Shown piece by piece: positions 1-10,879 of a DNA stretch of 64,000 nucleotides. The notes under the pieces were generated by a model. The model was not told the DNA's origin. It did not search any database and saw nothing but the letters and a program-made list of their open reading frames with translations. The DNA lies in the NCBI GenBank assembly GCA_965277405.1, contig OZ255726.1, forward strand, positions 832,001 to 896,000, read 5' to 3'. Every line of letters begins with the position of its first letter. Position 1 is the first letter of the stretch. A program made the translations under genes and the position numbers. The DNA is from Gammaproteobacteria bacterium. Lineage in GTDB: Bacteria; Pseudomonadota; Gammaproteobacteria; G965277405.

Positions 1-1777
1 ATTGTGCCACCAGGTAATCACCCATGTGTGCAGGAAGTGGCCCAGCAACTACATCACTGAGCAAAGGCGTAGCAGATGTTGTTGGCTGGTGCGTAGCCAA
101 AACGATGGCTGCAAGCGGGGTATTTGGTAACGACTTAAATTGCTCATTGGTAGTGAGGGCATAGCTTTGCAAAAACATGGCAGCAACTGATTCAAAGGCA
201 ATTTCCCAACCAGCGGTGACTTGAATTATTGTCAGCCAAGCTGGATGCTCCAAGGCAACATGCTTAGTATCGCGCGCGAGCAGTACTTGTATTGAAGCTC
301 GTTTGCCATTGGTAATCTGCAATTCCTCATAAAATGTGCGCTGCTCTTTTTCAAGCGTTGCTACTTTGTGTTCACTTGTGCGCATACGCATATCGTTTTC
401 GCGTATTTGCATTTCAATCGTATTGATTTGCTTGTTGTTATTAGCGTGTTGTTGTTCGTTTTTTTTAACCTGCTGGTGTAATGGTTGGGTATCGACAAAT
501 TGCTTGCTGGTCAATGCAGTATGCTTTTCTGTCAGCTCAGTTTGTGTGTTGATGAGTTGTTCTAATTGAATACGTGCAATTTCTGCTTGGTTTTTTTGTT
601 GATGCACTTGTGCATGCGCTGCATCAAAACGCCTGCGAGTTGTCAAAAATGTTTGTTGCTTTACCTCAGTATCAACCCGTTGTTGTTGCAGTGTTTGTTG
701 TTGTGTATCTCGCTGTTGTTGCAATGTATTTGCATTGTTTTGTAAGTCTAGCAGCTGCGCTTCATCAACTGTAATTGTCTGCTGAACACGTTCATATTCG
801 TTGGAATGTTGTTGCAACTGCTGTTCGAGTTGTTGCTTTTGGGTAACGCTAGCATTGCGCTGTTCTTGCGCACGGGTGAGCTGAATACTTATTTTCTGGC
901 GATTGGCAATCCCACTATCAAGCCGCTGTTGCAATTTTGCATGCGTTTGGTCGTGGGTAATTTTTTTGTTTTCTAATTGACGCAATGCGCTGGTATGTTT
1001 TTCTTTTTCCGCAACGGACTCAGCATGCTTGAGCTGGTTGTTTGTCAAATTGCTCGTGTGCACAGCTAACGCCAGCGCGGCTATTGTTTGCTTAAGTTGA
1101 CGATGCTGGTGTTTGAGCGTTCTATATTGCAAAGCTTCAGCACTTTGCCGTTTGAGTGCGCGCATGCGGGTATCAACTTCGTTACGAATGTCGTTGAGTC
1201 GTTCTAAGTTTTCTTGGGTATGGCGAATACTAATTTCTGTTTCACGGCGGCGCTCTTTATAAATAGATATGCCTGCGGCCTCTTCTAAAAACCCACGCAA
1301 TTCGTCTGGTTTTGCATCAAGCAAACGTGTAATCATCCCTTGCTCAATTATGGCATAACTGCGCGGACCTAACCCCGTCCCCAGAAAAAGACTAATCACG
1401 TCTTTGCGGCGGCAGCGTTGCCCGTTTAGCACGTAGCTATTGTTGCCTTCGCTGTTGATTTCTCGTTTGACTGCAATCTCAGCAAAATTAGCAAACTCGC
1501 CACCTATCCGTCCTTCACTGTTATCAAACAATAATTCAACAGAAGCCATGCTAATTGCTTTGCGGCTGGCAGATCCATGAAAAATAACCGCCGTGCTGTC
1601 TTTGCCGCGTAATTGTCTTGCAGAGCTTTCACCAAGCACCCAACGTACTGCATCAATTATATTAGATTTGCCACAGCCATTTGGCCCAACAATGCCTGAA
1701 AGATCATTGGGTACATCAATCAGGGTTGGCTCAGCAAAGGATTTGAAACCCGCTATTCGAATAGATTGAAGACGCAT
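1..1777 (-). CDS. smc: Chromosome segregation protein SMC (N-terminal part, runs off window start)
   Basis: Manual translation from ATG at 1777: MRLQSIRIAGFKSFAEPT..., Walker A GIVGPNGCGKSNIIDAVRWVLGE, then long coiled-coil sequence; not in the ORF track because it is truncated. Confidence 0.93.
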   Translation of the reverse strand, partial: MRLQSIRIAGFKSFAEPTLIDVPNDLSGIVGPNGCGKSNIIDAVRWVLGESSARQLRGKDSTAVIFHGSASRKAISMASVELLFDNSEGRIGGEFANFAEIAVKREINSEGNNSYVLNGQRCRRKDVISLFLGTGLGPRSYAIIEQGMITRLLDAKPDELRGFLEEAAGISIYKERRRETEISIRHTQENLERLNDIRNEVDTRMRALKRQSAEALQYRTLKHQHRQLKQTIAALALAVHTSNLTNNQLKHAESVAEKEKHTSALRQLENKKITHDQTHAKLQQRLDSGIANRQKISIQLTRAQEQRNASVTQKQQLEQQLQQHSNEYERVQQTITVDEAQLLDLQNNANTLQQQRDTQQQTLQQQRVDTEVKQQTFLTTRRRFDAAHAQVHQQKNQAEIARIQLEQLINTQTELTEKHTALTSKQFVDTQPLHQQVKKNEQQHANNNKQINTIEMQIRENDMRMRTSEHKVATLEKEQRTFYEELQITNGKRASIQVLLARDTKHVALEHPAWLTIIQVTAGWEIAFESVAAMFLQSYALTTNEQFKSLPNTPLAAIVLATHQPTTSATPLLSDVVAGPLPAHMGDYLVAQ

Positions 1778-1823
1778 AGAAATGAATGGAAAAATTAAAA
1801 GGTAAATTTAAACTAAGGAACAT

Positions 1824-2834
1824 ATGCATATCTTACTTATTAAAACATCTTCGCTAGGAGACATAGTTCATACTTTGCCAGCAATCTCTGATATTGCCAA
1901 GCACGTTGAACATGTCTGTATAGATTGGGTAGTAGAGCCAAATTTTTTGCCGCTGGCGCAATTACATCCTGCTGTACGCCATTGCTATGGACTACCCTTG
2001 CGAAAATATCGCCAGACCCCATGGAAATTGTGGCAACACATCCTACCTATTCGCGCCATACACTATGATTTTATAATTGATGCGCAAGGCATTATATGTA
2101 AAAGCGCGGTGCTGGGAACGCTATTGCACGGACCTGTGCATGGATATGACAGGCATAGTATCCGTGAACCGCTCGCAACATTATTGTACCAGCACCGACA
2201 CAGCGTTGATAAGTCCCAACATGCTGTTGAACGTACTAGAGCATTGTGCGCACAAACGTGTATGTATACTGGTGCTGACGATGCAAGTAATTTCTCTTGG
2301 GGAATACCAAACACCCGACAGCGTCAAGCGTATGGAGTTTTTATTCACGCCAGCAGTTGGCCTGAAAAAAGCTGGCAACAGCAAGCATGGGTCGACCTAG
2401 CGCAGCAGCTTAGCCCAACTCCAATTTTCCTCCCTTGGGGTAATGAGAGAGAACAGCAACAAGCGATAAATATTGCCAAGCATGCCAACAATGTTACCGT
2501 GCTTGCTAACATGGATATCGCAGCAATCATCGACTTGCTGGCAACAGCAAAATTCTGCGTTAGCCTCGATACTGGATTAAGCCATATTGCCGCCATGCTC
2601 AACACCCCGCAAGTTAGCCTATATCCTGCAACCAGCCCAAAACTTACTGGGGTGCTGGGGGGACAACAAATAGCTATTTCTCCACGCAAGCCACAATATA
2701 AAAAATCAATCGCCGTGCTTGATGCCAGTGTGAAAACCACACACCGGCAATTGCACATTACTCAAGTAGACGAAATTAGTGTTGCTGCAGTGCTCAACCA
2801 ATTACAGCTACTCCTCAAATACTCAAAGAGTTAA
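1824..2834 (+). CDS. waaC: LPS heptosyltransferase I (GT9)
   Basis: MHILLIKTSSLGDIVHTLPA N-terminus and SLDTGLSHIAA motif. Confidence 0.88.
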   Translation: MHILLIKTSSLGDIVHTLPAISDIAKHVEHVCIDWVVEPNFLPLAQLHPAVRHCYGLPLRKYRQTPWKLWQHILPIRAIHYDFIIDAQGIICKSAVLGTLLHGPVHGYDRHSIREPLATLLYQHRHSVDKSQHAVERTRALCAQTCMYTGADDASNFSWGIPNTRQRQAYGVFIHASSWPEKSWQQQAWVDLAQQLSPTPIFLPWGNEREQQQAINIAKHANNVTVLANMDIAAIIDLLATAKFCVSLDTGLSHIAAMLNTPQVSLYPATSPKLTGVLGGQQIAISPRKPQYKKSIAVLDASVKTTHRQLHITQVDEISVAAVLNQLQLLLKYSKS

Positions 2835-2839
2835 AATAC

Positions 2840-3775
2840 ATGAACCCCCAAGAGTGGCACAGAACCGCAGTCCTTCATGGCAAAGTACGGTCAATTATTG
2901 AGCTACCACACCACTATAAAGCACTCGTTGTTAGCGACCGTATTTCAGCATTCGACCAAGTGTTCGGTGAGATTAAAGGCAAGGGGCAAATACTCAACCA
3001 ATTAGCTGTCTGGTGGTTCAAACGCATGCCAGCAGATATCCCGCATCATTTTGTTGCCAGCCCACACCCGCAGATAACAATTGTCAAAGCGGCAGATGTT
3101 ATTCCGTTAGAAATAATTGTGCGCGGCTATCTTACTGGCACAACGCCGACCTCAGCGTGGCATCATTATCAACATAACCATCGCCAAATATGCGGTCTGA
3201 CGATGCCTGCAGGGATGCAAAAAAACCAACCGTTCGCTACGCCAATCATCACGCCAACGACGAAACCCGCGCTTGGAAGTAATGCCCATGACCTACCAAT
3301 CTCCGCAGCACAAATTGTGGCGCAGGGCATCGTTGCTGCACCACAATGGCAGCGGCTAGCAGAATATGCCATGCAGCTATTCAATTGGGGGCAGCAACTC
3401 GCAGCACGGCGGGGGTTGATTTTGGCGGATACAAAATATGAAATGGGCGTAGACGTCGATGGCAAGCTGATGTTCATCGATGAAATACATACGCCTGATA
3501 GCTCGCGGTATTGGTTAGCGAGTAGTTACTCAGCTTTGTTGACGCAAGGGAAAGACCCAGAAAATTTGGACAAAGACTTTTTCCGCAAGATGGTCATTGC
3601 GCAAGGGGGCAGCCCTGAGCAATTACAACAAAATCTAGCAGCATGGATGACCCCGGAACTGCAACAACAATGTTATCAAAAATACTCAAAGCTATATGAA
3701 ATTATAACAGGAGATAAATTTTTTTATGACCCAGCGCCGCTGGATTTAGCAACAGCACTCGCTGAATATTTGTGA
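2840..3775 (+). CDS. purC: SAICAR synthetase
   Basis: GKVR, SDRISAFD, EIIVRGYLTG, ILADTKYEMG, DEIHTPDSSRYW motifs. Confidence 0.93.
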   Translation: MNPQEWHRTAVLHGKVRSIIELPHHYKALVVSDRISAFDQVFGEIKGKGQILNQLAVWWFKRMPADIPHHFVASPHPQITIVKAADVIPLEIIVRGYLTGTTPTSAWHHYQHNHRQICGLTMPAGMQKNQPFATPIITPTTKPALGSNAHDLPISAAQIVAQGIVAAPQWQRLAEYAMQLFNWGQQLAARRGLILADTKYEMGVDVDGKLMFIDEIHTPDSSRYWLASSYSALLTQGKDPENLDKDFFRKMVIAQGGSPEQLQQNLAAWMTPELQQQCYQKYSKLYEIITGDKFFYDPAPLDLATALAEYL

Positions 3776-3788
3776 TATTGCACACTAA

Positions 3789-4073
3789 GGAAGCTCTGAT
3801 TAAGTCGCTGATGGAGCGAGTTTGCCTGCAATTGCTGATGATTGCAAGGCGCATTCCGCAGGCGCATGCCGTAGCATATACGCCAAGGGATGCAACACAG
3901 CAAGTACCGCTTGTAGGCAAACCATCATATATTCAATAGAAGGCCGGGAAAAAACGCTGCGCTAACGTCGTTGCAGCACTTGATAATACCACCAGTATTA
4001 TCTGCGCACTGCGCCTAGTTATCATCAGCGTTTTTTCTCCGTCTCGCCCATCATGGACTTAATCAGAGCTTCC
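3789..4073 (+). mobile_element. IS5-related MITE, copy 1 (285 bp)
   Basis: Perfect 18-bp terminal IR GGAAGCTCTGATTAAGTC...GACTTAATCAGAGCTTCC with CTAA on both sides (3785-3788, 4074-4077); no transposase. Confidence 0.92.
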
Positions 4074-4154
4074 CTAACAAGCCACGCACTGCGGTTTATT
4101 TACACAGCAGTATACCTTGCTGCAACGCGTCTAAACAAATATCCACAGCCAAAT

Positions 4155-5579
4155 TTATGCTGTTCCGCCAACGACAACCTTGTCGATTTTAATAGTCGGC
4201 AGACCAACGCCAACAGGCACACTTTGGCCGTTCTTGCCACATGTGCCAATGCCAGGGTCGAATGCTAAATCGTTGGCAACCATGCTGACGTGTTGCATCA
4301 CATTTGGGCCATTGCCAGTTAAGGTTGCGCCTTTCACAGGCTTGGTTAATTTGCCGTTCTCTATTAACCACGCTTGGCTTGCTGAAAAAGTGAAGTTGCC
4401 AGAAGTGATATCTACTTGACCGCCGAGAAAATTGACAGCGTATAAACCTTTGTCAATCGAGGCAATAATTTCATCTTTATGGTGGGGGCCACCCAGCATA
4501 TAGGTATTGGTCATTCTTGGCATTGGCAAGTGGGAAAAACTTTCACGTCTGCCATTTCCTGTCGGCGCTTGTTTCATCAGCCGCGCACTCAATTTGTCTT
4601 GCATATAGCCGCGCAGTACGCCATTTTCAATCAATATGGTTTCTTGACTTGGGACACCTTCATCGTCTACTTGCAACGACCCGCGTCGGTTTGCTAGCGT
4701 ACCATTATCAATAACCGTGCATAGCTTAGAGGCAACCTGCTCACCAACGCGGTTACTAAATACCGAAGATTGCTTGCGGTTAAAATCTGCTTCTAGTCCA
4801 TGACCAACAGCCTCGTGCAATAAAATACCCGGCCAGCCGCTGCCGAGGACTACGGGCATCGAGCCTGCTGGTGCTGGATGTGCTTCAAGATTTATCCGTG
4901 CTTCACCTATAGCATCATCAACCATAGCTGTCAGTGACTGTTTCTGTATATGTGAAAATGGTGAGCGGCCGCCAATCCCAGCGTGACCGCTTTCTCTGCG
5001 ACCATGATGTGCTACGATGACATTAATCCCAATACGCAATAGTGGGCGCGCATCCGTAGCAAAATTTCCGTGGGTATCTAGTACACAAATATCTTCGTGA
5101 GAATCAACAATCTGCACGGTGCAATCAATAATCCTTGGCTCACGCGCACGCGCATACGCATCTAACTCATGGAGTAACGCTGCTCGTGCTGCTGCATCAG
5201 CAGGCTCTTGTTGGGCAGGGTATAAATCCAGTCGAGCACTATCTGAATATACAGGCTGGCGCAGGTTATCTGCTTGGATATGTTTGCGTATTTCACCAGC
5301 TTTTTTTGCAGCTTGCAGCATGTTTTTTACATCAAAATTGTGGGTGTAGGCAAACCCAGTTTTATCTTGGCAAACTGCACGAATACCACAGCCGCTCGAT
5401 GATGAATACGCTGAATGTTTGACCGCCTGTTCTTCAAGTGACAAACTCGATGAAGTCGCACGTTGTAAATAAATATCACCAAAGTCAATTTTTTGTGCGC
5501 TCAGCGCGTCGGCTACGTGATCTAAGTCTGTTCGATTGATACCAGCAAAAGAATTGTTCAAATCTATTTGGCTTTGCAT
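4155..5579 (-). CDS. tldD: Metalloprotease TldD
   Basis: GSGWPGILLHEAVGHGLEADFNRK, GNGRRESF, CGKNGQSVPVGVG motifs. Confidence 0.95.
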   Translation of the reverse strand: MQSQIDLNNSFAGINRTDLDHVADALSAQKIDFGDIYLQRATSSSLSLEEQAVKHSAYSSSSGCGIRAVCQDKTGFAYTHNFDVKNMLQAAKKAGEIRKHIQADNLRQPVYSDSARLDLYPAQQEPADAAARAALLHELDAYARAREPRIIDCTVQIVDSHEDICVLDTHGNFATDARPLLRIGINVIVAHHGRRESGHAGIGGRSPFSHIQKQSLTAMVDDAIGEARINLEAHPAPAGSMPVVLGSGWPGILLHEAVGHGLEADFNRKQSSVFSNRVGEQVASKLCTVIDNGTLANRRGSLQVDDEGVPSQETILIENGVLRGYMQDKLSARLMKQAPTGNGRRESFSHLPMPRMTNTYMLGGPHHKDEIIASIDKGLYAVNFLGGQVDITSGNFTFSASQAWLIENGKLTKPVKGATLTGNGPNVMQHVSMVANDLAFDPGIGTCGKNGQSVPVGVGLPTIKIDKVVVGGTA

Positions 5580-5670
5580 AATACAACACTCAATATAATA
5601 AACTATAGGGTTCCTCAGAGCGTCGGATTGCGACGCTCCAAATCCGCAATACTATCGAAACATAATCAAT

Positions 5671-7350
5671 ATGACAGATATACCGCAATGGCTTGCAGAT
5701 ATTCTACGCACGCGCCACATCAGCAGCGCCGATATTGACTATAAATTAGCAAACTTGCTGCCACCGCAAATGCTCGGCATCGATGCTGCCTGCACACTAT
5801 TGATCGACGCGCTGCGCGGCCATAAACGCATAGTCATCGTCGGTGACTACGATGTTGACGGGGCAACGGCTACTGTGGTGTTATTAGAAGCAATGGTCGC
5901 ACTTGGCTTTGAGCATGTAGAATTTTTAGTGCCAAATAGATTTACAGATGGCTATGGTCTCACCCCAAATATTGTCAGCAAAGCCAAGCAGCAATTTCAA
6001 GCAGACATCATTATCACTGTTGACAACGGGATTGCCTCGCACCACGGAGTGGACCATGCGCAATCGCTTGGCTGCAAAGTTATTATTACTGACCATCATT
6101 TACCTGGATTATCGCTGCCAGCAGCTGATGCCATTGTTAATCCAAATCAGCCAAATTGTCCTTTCGCCAGCAAGAATTTAGCTGGCGTAGGCGTCGCATT
6201 TTATCTGATGCTGGCGTTACGCAAAAAACTTCGTGAACAACAATGGTTTATGTTGCAGTCAATCCGTGAACCAAATCTTGCAGAGCAACTTGATTTAGTG
6301 GCATTGGGTACGGTTGCAGATATGGTGCCGCTGGATTATAACAACCGAGTTTTAGTCGCTGCTGGTTTGCGCCGTATCCAAAAGCAGACATCACGACCGG
6401 GTATCCTGCATTTATTGCGCAAATCTCAATGTGTCATTGCAGAAGTAGATGCCGAGACGATTAGTTTTCAAGTCGCCCCAAAAATAAATGCTGTTGGTCG
6501 TATGGCTGATATGACTATCGGCATCCGCTGCCTTGCGAGTAAACGCAGCAGTGAAGCACACTTACTCGCAGACGATTTGGTTAGATGTAACCACGAACGC
6601 CGCGCAACGCAAAAAAAAATGATGGGTGAAGCTCAACAGATTGTGTTGCAACTCAAACTTCCTGCAGACAATAGCCACCCAGCCATGTGTTTGTTTCAAG
6701 CAGATTGGCACCAAGGATTAACAGGATTGGTTGCCGGGCGGATTAAAGATATAGCCAACTGCCCAGTCGTAGTATTCGCCCAAGGAGATGACGGATGTAT
6801 AAAAGGCTCAGCGCGATCAATAAGCAGCGTGCACATTCGTGACACCCTCGAGGATATATTTGTTAATCACGCCAACTTAATCGAGCAATTCGGCGGCCAT
6901 GCCATGGCAGCAGGGTTAACAATTCGTCAACAACATTTTGCTAAGTTCTCTCAATTATTTTGTGACTACGTTGCCAAGCGTCGAGCAACCGCCAACGCCG
7001 TTGCTGTGCAACAACCAGATGCACGCTTGCCAGCACAAGCGTTGACGATTGAAAACGCTAGACTCATCAAACGATTAACCCCATGGGGAGTTGGTTTTGC
7101 GCCACCGTTGTTTGAAGGCGTGTTTATCGTACAATATCAAAACATTTGCGGTGGGCAGCATTTGCAATTGGTATTAACTACAGATACGGGGCCTGTCAGC
7201 GCGATTGCTTTTTTTATCGATGTCGCGCAATGGCACAACCGCGTTGCACAAGTCGCGGTAACCTATCGCTTGGGGATTAACCACTACAACGGTAGCAGCA
7301 AACTGCAGTTAATGTTGCAAACTGTCGAGCCGGTCGCGCCAGCCGAATAA
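5671..7350 (+). CDS. recJ: ssDNA exonuclease RecJ
   Basis: GDYDVDG, TVDNG, TDHH, GTVAD, FGGHAMAAG DHH-family motifs. Confidence 0.95.
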   Translation: MTDIPQWLADILRTRHISSADIDYKLANLLPPQMLGIDAACTLLIDALRGHKRIVIVGDYDVDGATATVVLLEAMVALGFEHVEFLVPNRFTDGYGLTPNIVSKAKQQFQADIIITVDNGIASHHGVDHAQSLGCKVIITDHHLPGLSLPAADAIVNPNQPNCPFASKNLAGVGVAFYLMLALRKKLREQQWFMLQSIREPNLAEQLDLVALGTVADMVPLDYNNRVLVAAGLRRIQKQTSRPGILHLLRKSQCVIAEVDAETISFQVAPKINAVGRMADMTIGIRCLASKRSSEAHLLADDLVRCNHERRATQKKMMGEAQQIVLQLKLPADNSHPAMCLFQADWHQGLTGLVAGRIKDIANCPVVVFAQGDDGCIKGSARSISSVHIRDTLEDIFVNHANLIEQFGGHAMAAGLTIRQQHFAKFSQLFCDYVAKRRATANAVAVQQPDARLPAQALTIENARLIKRLTPWGVGFAPPLFEGVFIVQYQNICGGQHLQLVLTTDTGPVSAIAFFIDVAQWHNRVAQVAVTYRLGINHYNGSSKLQLMLQTVEPVAPAE

Positions 7351-7377
7351 TCCTTACAGTGCTGCGTATACTATAAG

Positions 7378-8172
7378 TTACTCGCCACTATCCCCCATCG
7401 CTGTGGTGCAAAACCCACCATCAACATACACGATTTGTCCAGTAATCCCGCTAGCAAGGTCTGAAGTTAAAAATGCCGCCGTATTCCCGATTTCTTCTGT
7501 AGTCACATTGCGACCAAGCGGCGCCCGTTGGGCGTTGTACCGCAACATCGATTTAAAATTATTAATACCAGCAGCTGCCAGTGTGCGCACCGGCCCCGCC
7601 GATATTCCATTCACACGAATATTTTCACGCCCCAAATCGCGTGCTAAATAACGAACGCTTGCCTCAAGACTGGCTTTGGCAAGCCCCATCACGTTATAAT
7701 TTGGCATCGTCAACACTGCGCCTAAATATGTCAAAGTTAAAATCGAGCCATTGGTGTTAGCCATCATTGGGCGCGCTGCCTGGGTGAGTGCAGTTAAACT
7801 ATACGCGCTAATATCATGGGCGATTTTAAACCCTTCCCGTGTCGTGACATCGGTATAATTACCATTGAGCTGTTCGCGTGGGGCAAAGCCAACCGCGTGC
7901 ACAAGTATGTCCACACCATCCCAATGTTTACCAAGTTGATTAAAAACGCTGGCAATATCTGCATCCTGTCCTACATCGCAGCGGAAACACAGCTGCGTCG
8001 AGCTGTGGCATTGTGCTGCTACTGCTTCAACCCGACTTTGCAGTTTTTCATTTTGATAGGTGAATGCGATTTTTGCGCCTTGCGCTGCCATTGCGTGGGC
8101 AATCCCTGTTGCAATCGATAGTTTGCTAGCAACACCAACGATGAGCGCGCGTTTCCCTGTTAAGAAGGTCAT
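7378..8172 (-). CDS. fabI: Enoyl-ACP reductase
   Basis: [39 protein letters not shown]. Confidence 0.96.
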   Translation of the reverse strand: MTFLTGKRALIVGVASKLSIATGIAHAMAAQGAKIAFTYQNEKLQSRVEAVAAQCHSSTQLCFRCDVGQDADIASVFNQLGKHWDGVDILVHAVGFAPREQLNGNYTDVTTREGFKIAHDISAYSLTALTQAARPMMANTNGSILTLTYLGAVLTMPNYNVMGLAKASLEASVRYLARDLGRENIRVNGISAGPVRTLAAAGINNFKSMLRYNAQRAPLGRNVTTEEIGNTAAFLTSDLASGITGQIVYVDGGFCTTAMGDSGE

Positions 8173-8248
8173 ATATACTCCTGTGAATGATATGATTTGT
8201 GCGCATACTACAATCTTTTTTAATCCGCCATCGTTATTGCGTTATTAG

Positions 8249-9205
8249 ATGTGCGGTACTAAATTATTTTACATACATTGTTTGCATGTGATCAAGTTGC
8301 GTAGCTATATTCTAGCGTATACGCCGCGTAGAATGGTGGCGACCAGCATACTTATTATACCCGTGGTCATTGTCCAAGCTGCTATCCAACAACAGCTATG
8401 GCAGCAAGGCGTATTGCTGGCAATAATTACTACGATTTGTGCTGTGACAGGATGGCTCGCTGAACGTCGCGGCAAATCGCTACAGCAATATTTTGTTGCC
8501 AGCGATAACGGCTGGCTGGTAACCGCGCTCATCCTCGCCGCTTGCCTACCACCGTTTATACCATGGTGGCTTGCAGCGATTGCAGCTGTGATAGCAATGA
8601 CGATTGGTAAACATTTATACCCCCTTGGGCGTAATATTTTTAACCCTGCTTTAGTCGGCTACGCCGCAGTACTGGTGTCGTTTCCTCAACTATTTATAGC
8701 AACCACTGCCGATGCTATTTCTGCACCAACACCATTGGATAGAGGGTTTGCAACCACAGTGACGCTAGCGCACCTGGCAGTAGCTGCCACTGCATTGCTA
8801 TCTGGTTTACTGCTGCTGTGGCTGCGAATTATCACGTGGGTCATCCCGTTTGCCGTGATAGTCAGCTGTGCGGTTGTGCTCGGCATCGAGCAGCAAATAT
8901 CGACAATAATTTTGCAAGATATTTGGCTAGGAGGGTTAATTTTCGCAGCATTTTTTGTTGCTACTGACCCGATAACTGCCCCTATTCACCCATGGGGCAA
9001 GGTAATTTTTGCTGCTGCCATTGGCGCACTCACGGCTATCGTGCGCTTGTATGGGGTATACCCAGAAGGGATAGCGTTTGCGATATTGATAATGAACTTT
9101 ATCGCGCCAGCATTAGACGACGCACTATATAGCGGCAAAGAAAAACGCCTGCGTAAATATTTTGACAACTTTAGCAGGGATAACAATAATCGCCGCAACA
9201 AGTAA
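8249..9205 (+). CDS. rnfD: Rnf complex subunit D (true start uncertain)
   Basis: Hydrophobic; GKHLYPLGRNIFNPALVG, FMN-threonine motif DAISAPTPL, FFVATDPITAP, YPEGIAFAILIMN. Confidence 0.85.
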   Translation: MCGTKLFYIHCLHVIKLRSYILAYTPRRMVATSILIIPVVIVQAAIQQQLWQQGVLLAIITTICAVTGWLAERRGKSLQQYFVASDNGWLVTALILAACLPPFIPWWLAAIAAVIAMTIGKHLYPLGRNIFNPALVGYAAVLVSFPQLFIATTADAISAPTPLDRGFATTVTLAHLAVAATALLSGLLLLWLRIITWVIPFAVIVSCAVVLGIEQQISTIILQDIWLGGLIFAAFFVATDPITAPIHPWGKVIFAAAIGALTAIVRLYGVYPEGIAFAILIMNFIAPALDDALYSGKEKRLRKYFDNFSRDNNNRRNK

Positions 9206-10823
9206 ACAATTTCTACGCATAATAGCTGACATCAGTATAGCTGGCATCAGTCAAGTATCCGCGCTTTACTATAATCAATATATCATAATTAGACGCTATC
9301 ACGTCCATAGCTTGGTGGACATAATTTACTTATGTTTCGCGTTTGGAGGTGATGGTTCTAATACAAATTATGATAGGACAAAGGCGGTTACACATATAAA
9401 AGGTTTTGAAGCTGTTTTCAGTACTTCTATGGCAAACGCATTGAGTAATTCGGAAAAATCTTCACTTAGTGAAATTGCGACTCATACAACAGCTTATAAT
9501 ACAAGTGCGCAAAATTTTTTAAATGAGTATAGTGCACAAGCAAAAACATGGAAGATTGGGGATGGTGGTTCTCATACAGAAGGTACAACTGAAACAGAGC
9601 AATTTGCAAAAACTGTTTCGAGTTTAAAGAGTGATATTAGTAAATATCTGGATTCTAAGGGAATTAGTATAGATCAAAGCGCAATAGCTAAATTAGCAAC
9701 TCAGGTAGCTATTGGTTGGAAATTACCTACAGCAGTCACAGCACTTACAGGTGCGAGTGCTGGTGTAGAAGCGTCTCTGCATGGTGATACTGCATTAGCA
9801 GCTAAACAAAGTGAAATACAATCATTGCTAAGCAGTAAAGAGTTTTCCAATACAGTTGCAGAATCATTAAATAATTCTTTATCTAACTTAACTAGTGATA
9901 ATTTGGTTAAGACTTTTGGAATGACTGAGGAAAATGCTAATTCCTTAGTTGAATCAAATATACAAATGGATAGTGCATCAGAACAACTACTACGCTCAAC
10001 CCAAGCGTTAAGTGCTTTGGAAACAGTAAAAAGCAATACCTTTAAAGACGATGGACAAGTAACAATCGGTCAAACAGATGCGTTCTTAGATTATTTGAAT
10101 AATAGTCAGCAGCATCCAGATATAACATCAAGGGGCGATGCAGCAAGTTACGTTAATAATTTAATAAGAAGTGGACAATCTCAACAATTACAAGCGGATG
10201 CGCAGAGCTTCATTGAAGCGCGAATGAAATTTCAGATGGGAACAAATGTTGAGAAGGCGGCTAGTGAACAAATAACAAAAACACAAGAAGAGTTGAGCGA
10301 TCAGAGTAAATCAGTAGTTAAAATAGTGGGGGATGGTGTGGCAGAGACACAGAAGTCAGTAAGTGGTTTAGATAATCTAGGACAAAGGGTGGCGGCTGAT
10401 AATGCGGATACTAAGGTTCTATTAGAGACAAATCGTGTAACTACAAGTCAGAGTGGTGTAAATATTGTACCTCGTAGTGAAGCAAATCAAGCAGCACTAG
10501 AAGCTGCTAACAGTGATCATGTTACAGGAAACCCAACAGATCTTGTTGAAGAAATAATAGGGGACAATGTAAATGCATTTTTTAATCCACCTAAAGTAGA
10601 CAAAAATACAACACAAACCCCAGCCGTAAACTCTAATAATTTAGAAGGTAAGTATTTACGAGGTTATAAGTCTAAAGGTAATGATGATAGTGCTGCGACG
10701 GTTGTACCTGATAGTGAAGAAAATCTACCAGCACAAACAGCAGTTGACCTAAACACCGATGATTCGCGAAACACAAATTACCATAAAAATGATAAAGACA
10801 ATCCTTTGAATAAACCAAGGTGA
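9162..10823 (+). CDS. AT-rich Ser/Thr/Asn-rich protein resembling the C-terminal region of F-type conjugative TraG; probably 5'-truncated, real coding from ~9350
   Basis: Long ORF with abrupt composition shift to AT-rich; the first ~60 aa look non-coding; family call is by recollection of overall character only. Confidence 0.4.
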   Translation: MTTLAGITIIAATSKQFLRIIADISIAGISQVSALYYNQYIIIRRYHVHSLVDIIYLCFAFGGDGSNTNYDRTKAVTHIKGFEAVFSTSMANALSNSEKSSLSEIATHTTAYNTSAQNFLNEYSAQAKTWKIGDGGSHTEGTTETEQFAKTVSSLKSDISKYLDSKGISIDQSAIAKLATQVAIGWKLPTAVTALTGASAGVEASLHGDTALAAKQSEIQSLLSSKEFSNTVAESLNNSLSNLTSDNLVKTFGMTEENANSLVESNIQMDSASEQLLRSTQALSALETVKSNTFKDDGQVTIGQTDAFLDYLNNSQQHPDITSRGDAASYVNNLIRSGQSQQLQADAQSFIEARMKFQMGTNVEKAASEQITKTQEELSDQSKSVVKIVGDGVAETQKSVSGLDNLGQRVAADNADTKVLLETNRVTTSQSGVNIVPRSEANQAALEAANSDHVTGNPTDLVEEIIGDNVNAFFNPPKVDKNTTQTPAVNSNNLEGKYLRGYKSKGNDDSAATVVPDSEENLPAQTAVDLNTDDSRNTNYHKNDKDNPLNKPR

Positions 10824-10851
10824 TAGGAACATAAATAATGTTATATAATAT

Positions 10852-10879
10852 TTGTCAAGATATTAAAAGGTGTTATACT
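10852..10879 (+). promoter_or_regulatory. Putative sigma70 promoter for ORF 10952
   Basis: TTGTCA-16 bp-TATACT with extended TG; AGGAGG RBS before ATG 10952. Confidence 0.5.

Noticed and set aside
336-774. Plus-strand ORFs
   Set aside because: Antisense to smc
5618-5638. Hairpin GAGCGTCG-GATTG-CGACGCTC between tldD and recJ
   Set aside because: Single occurrence with no T-tract between divergent starts; cannot be assigned
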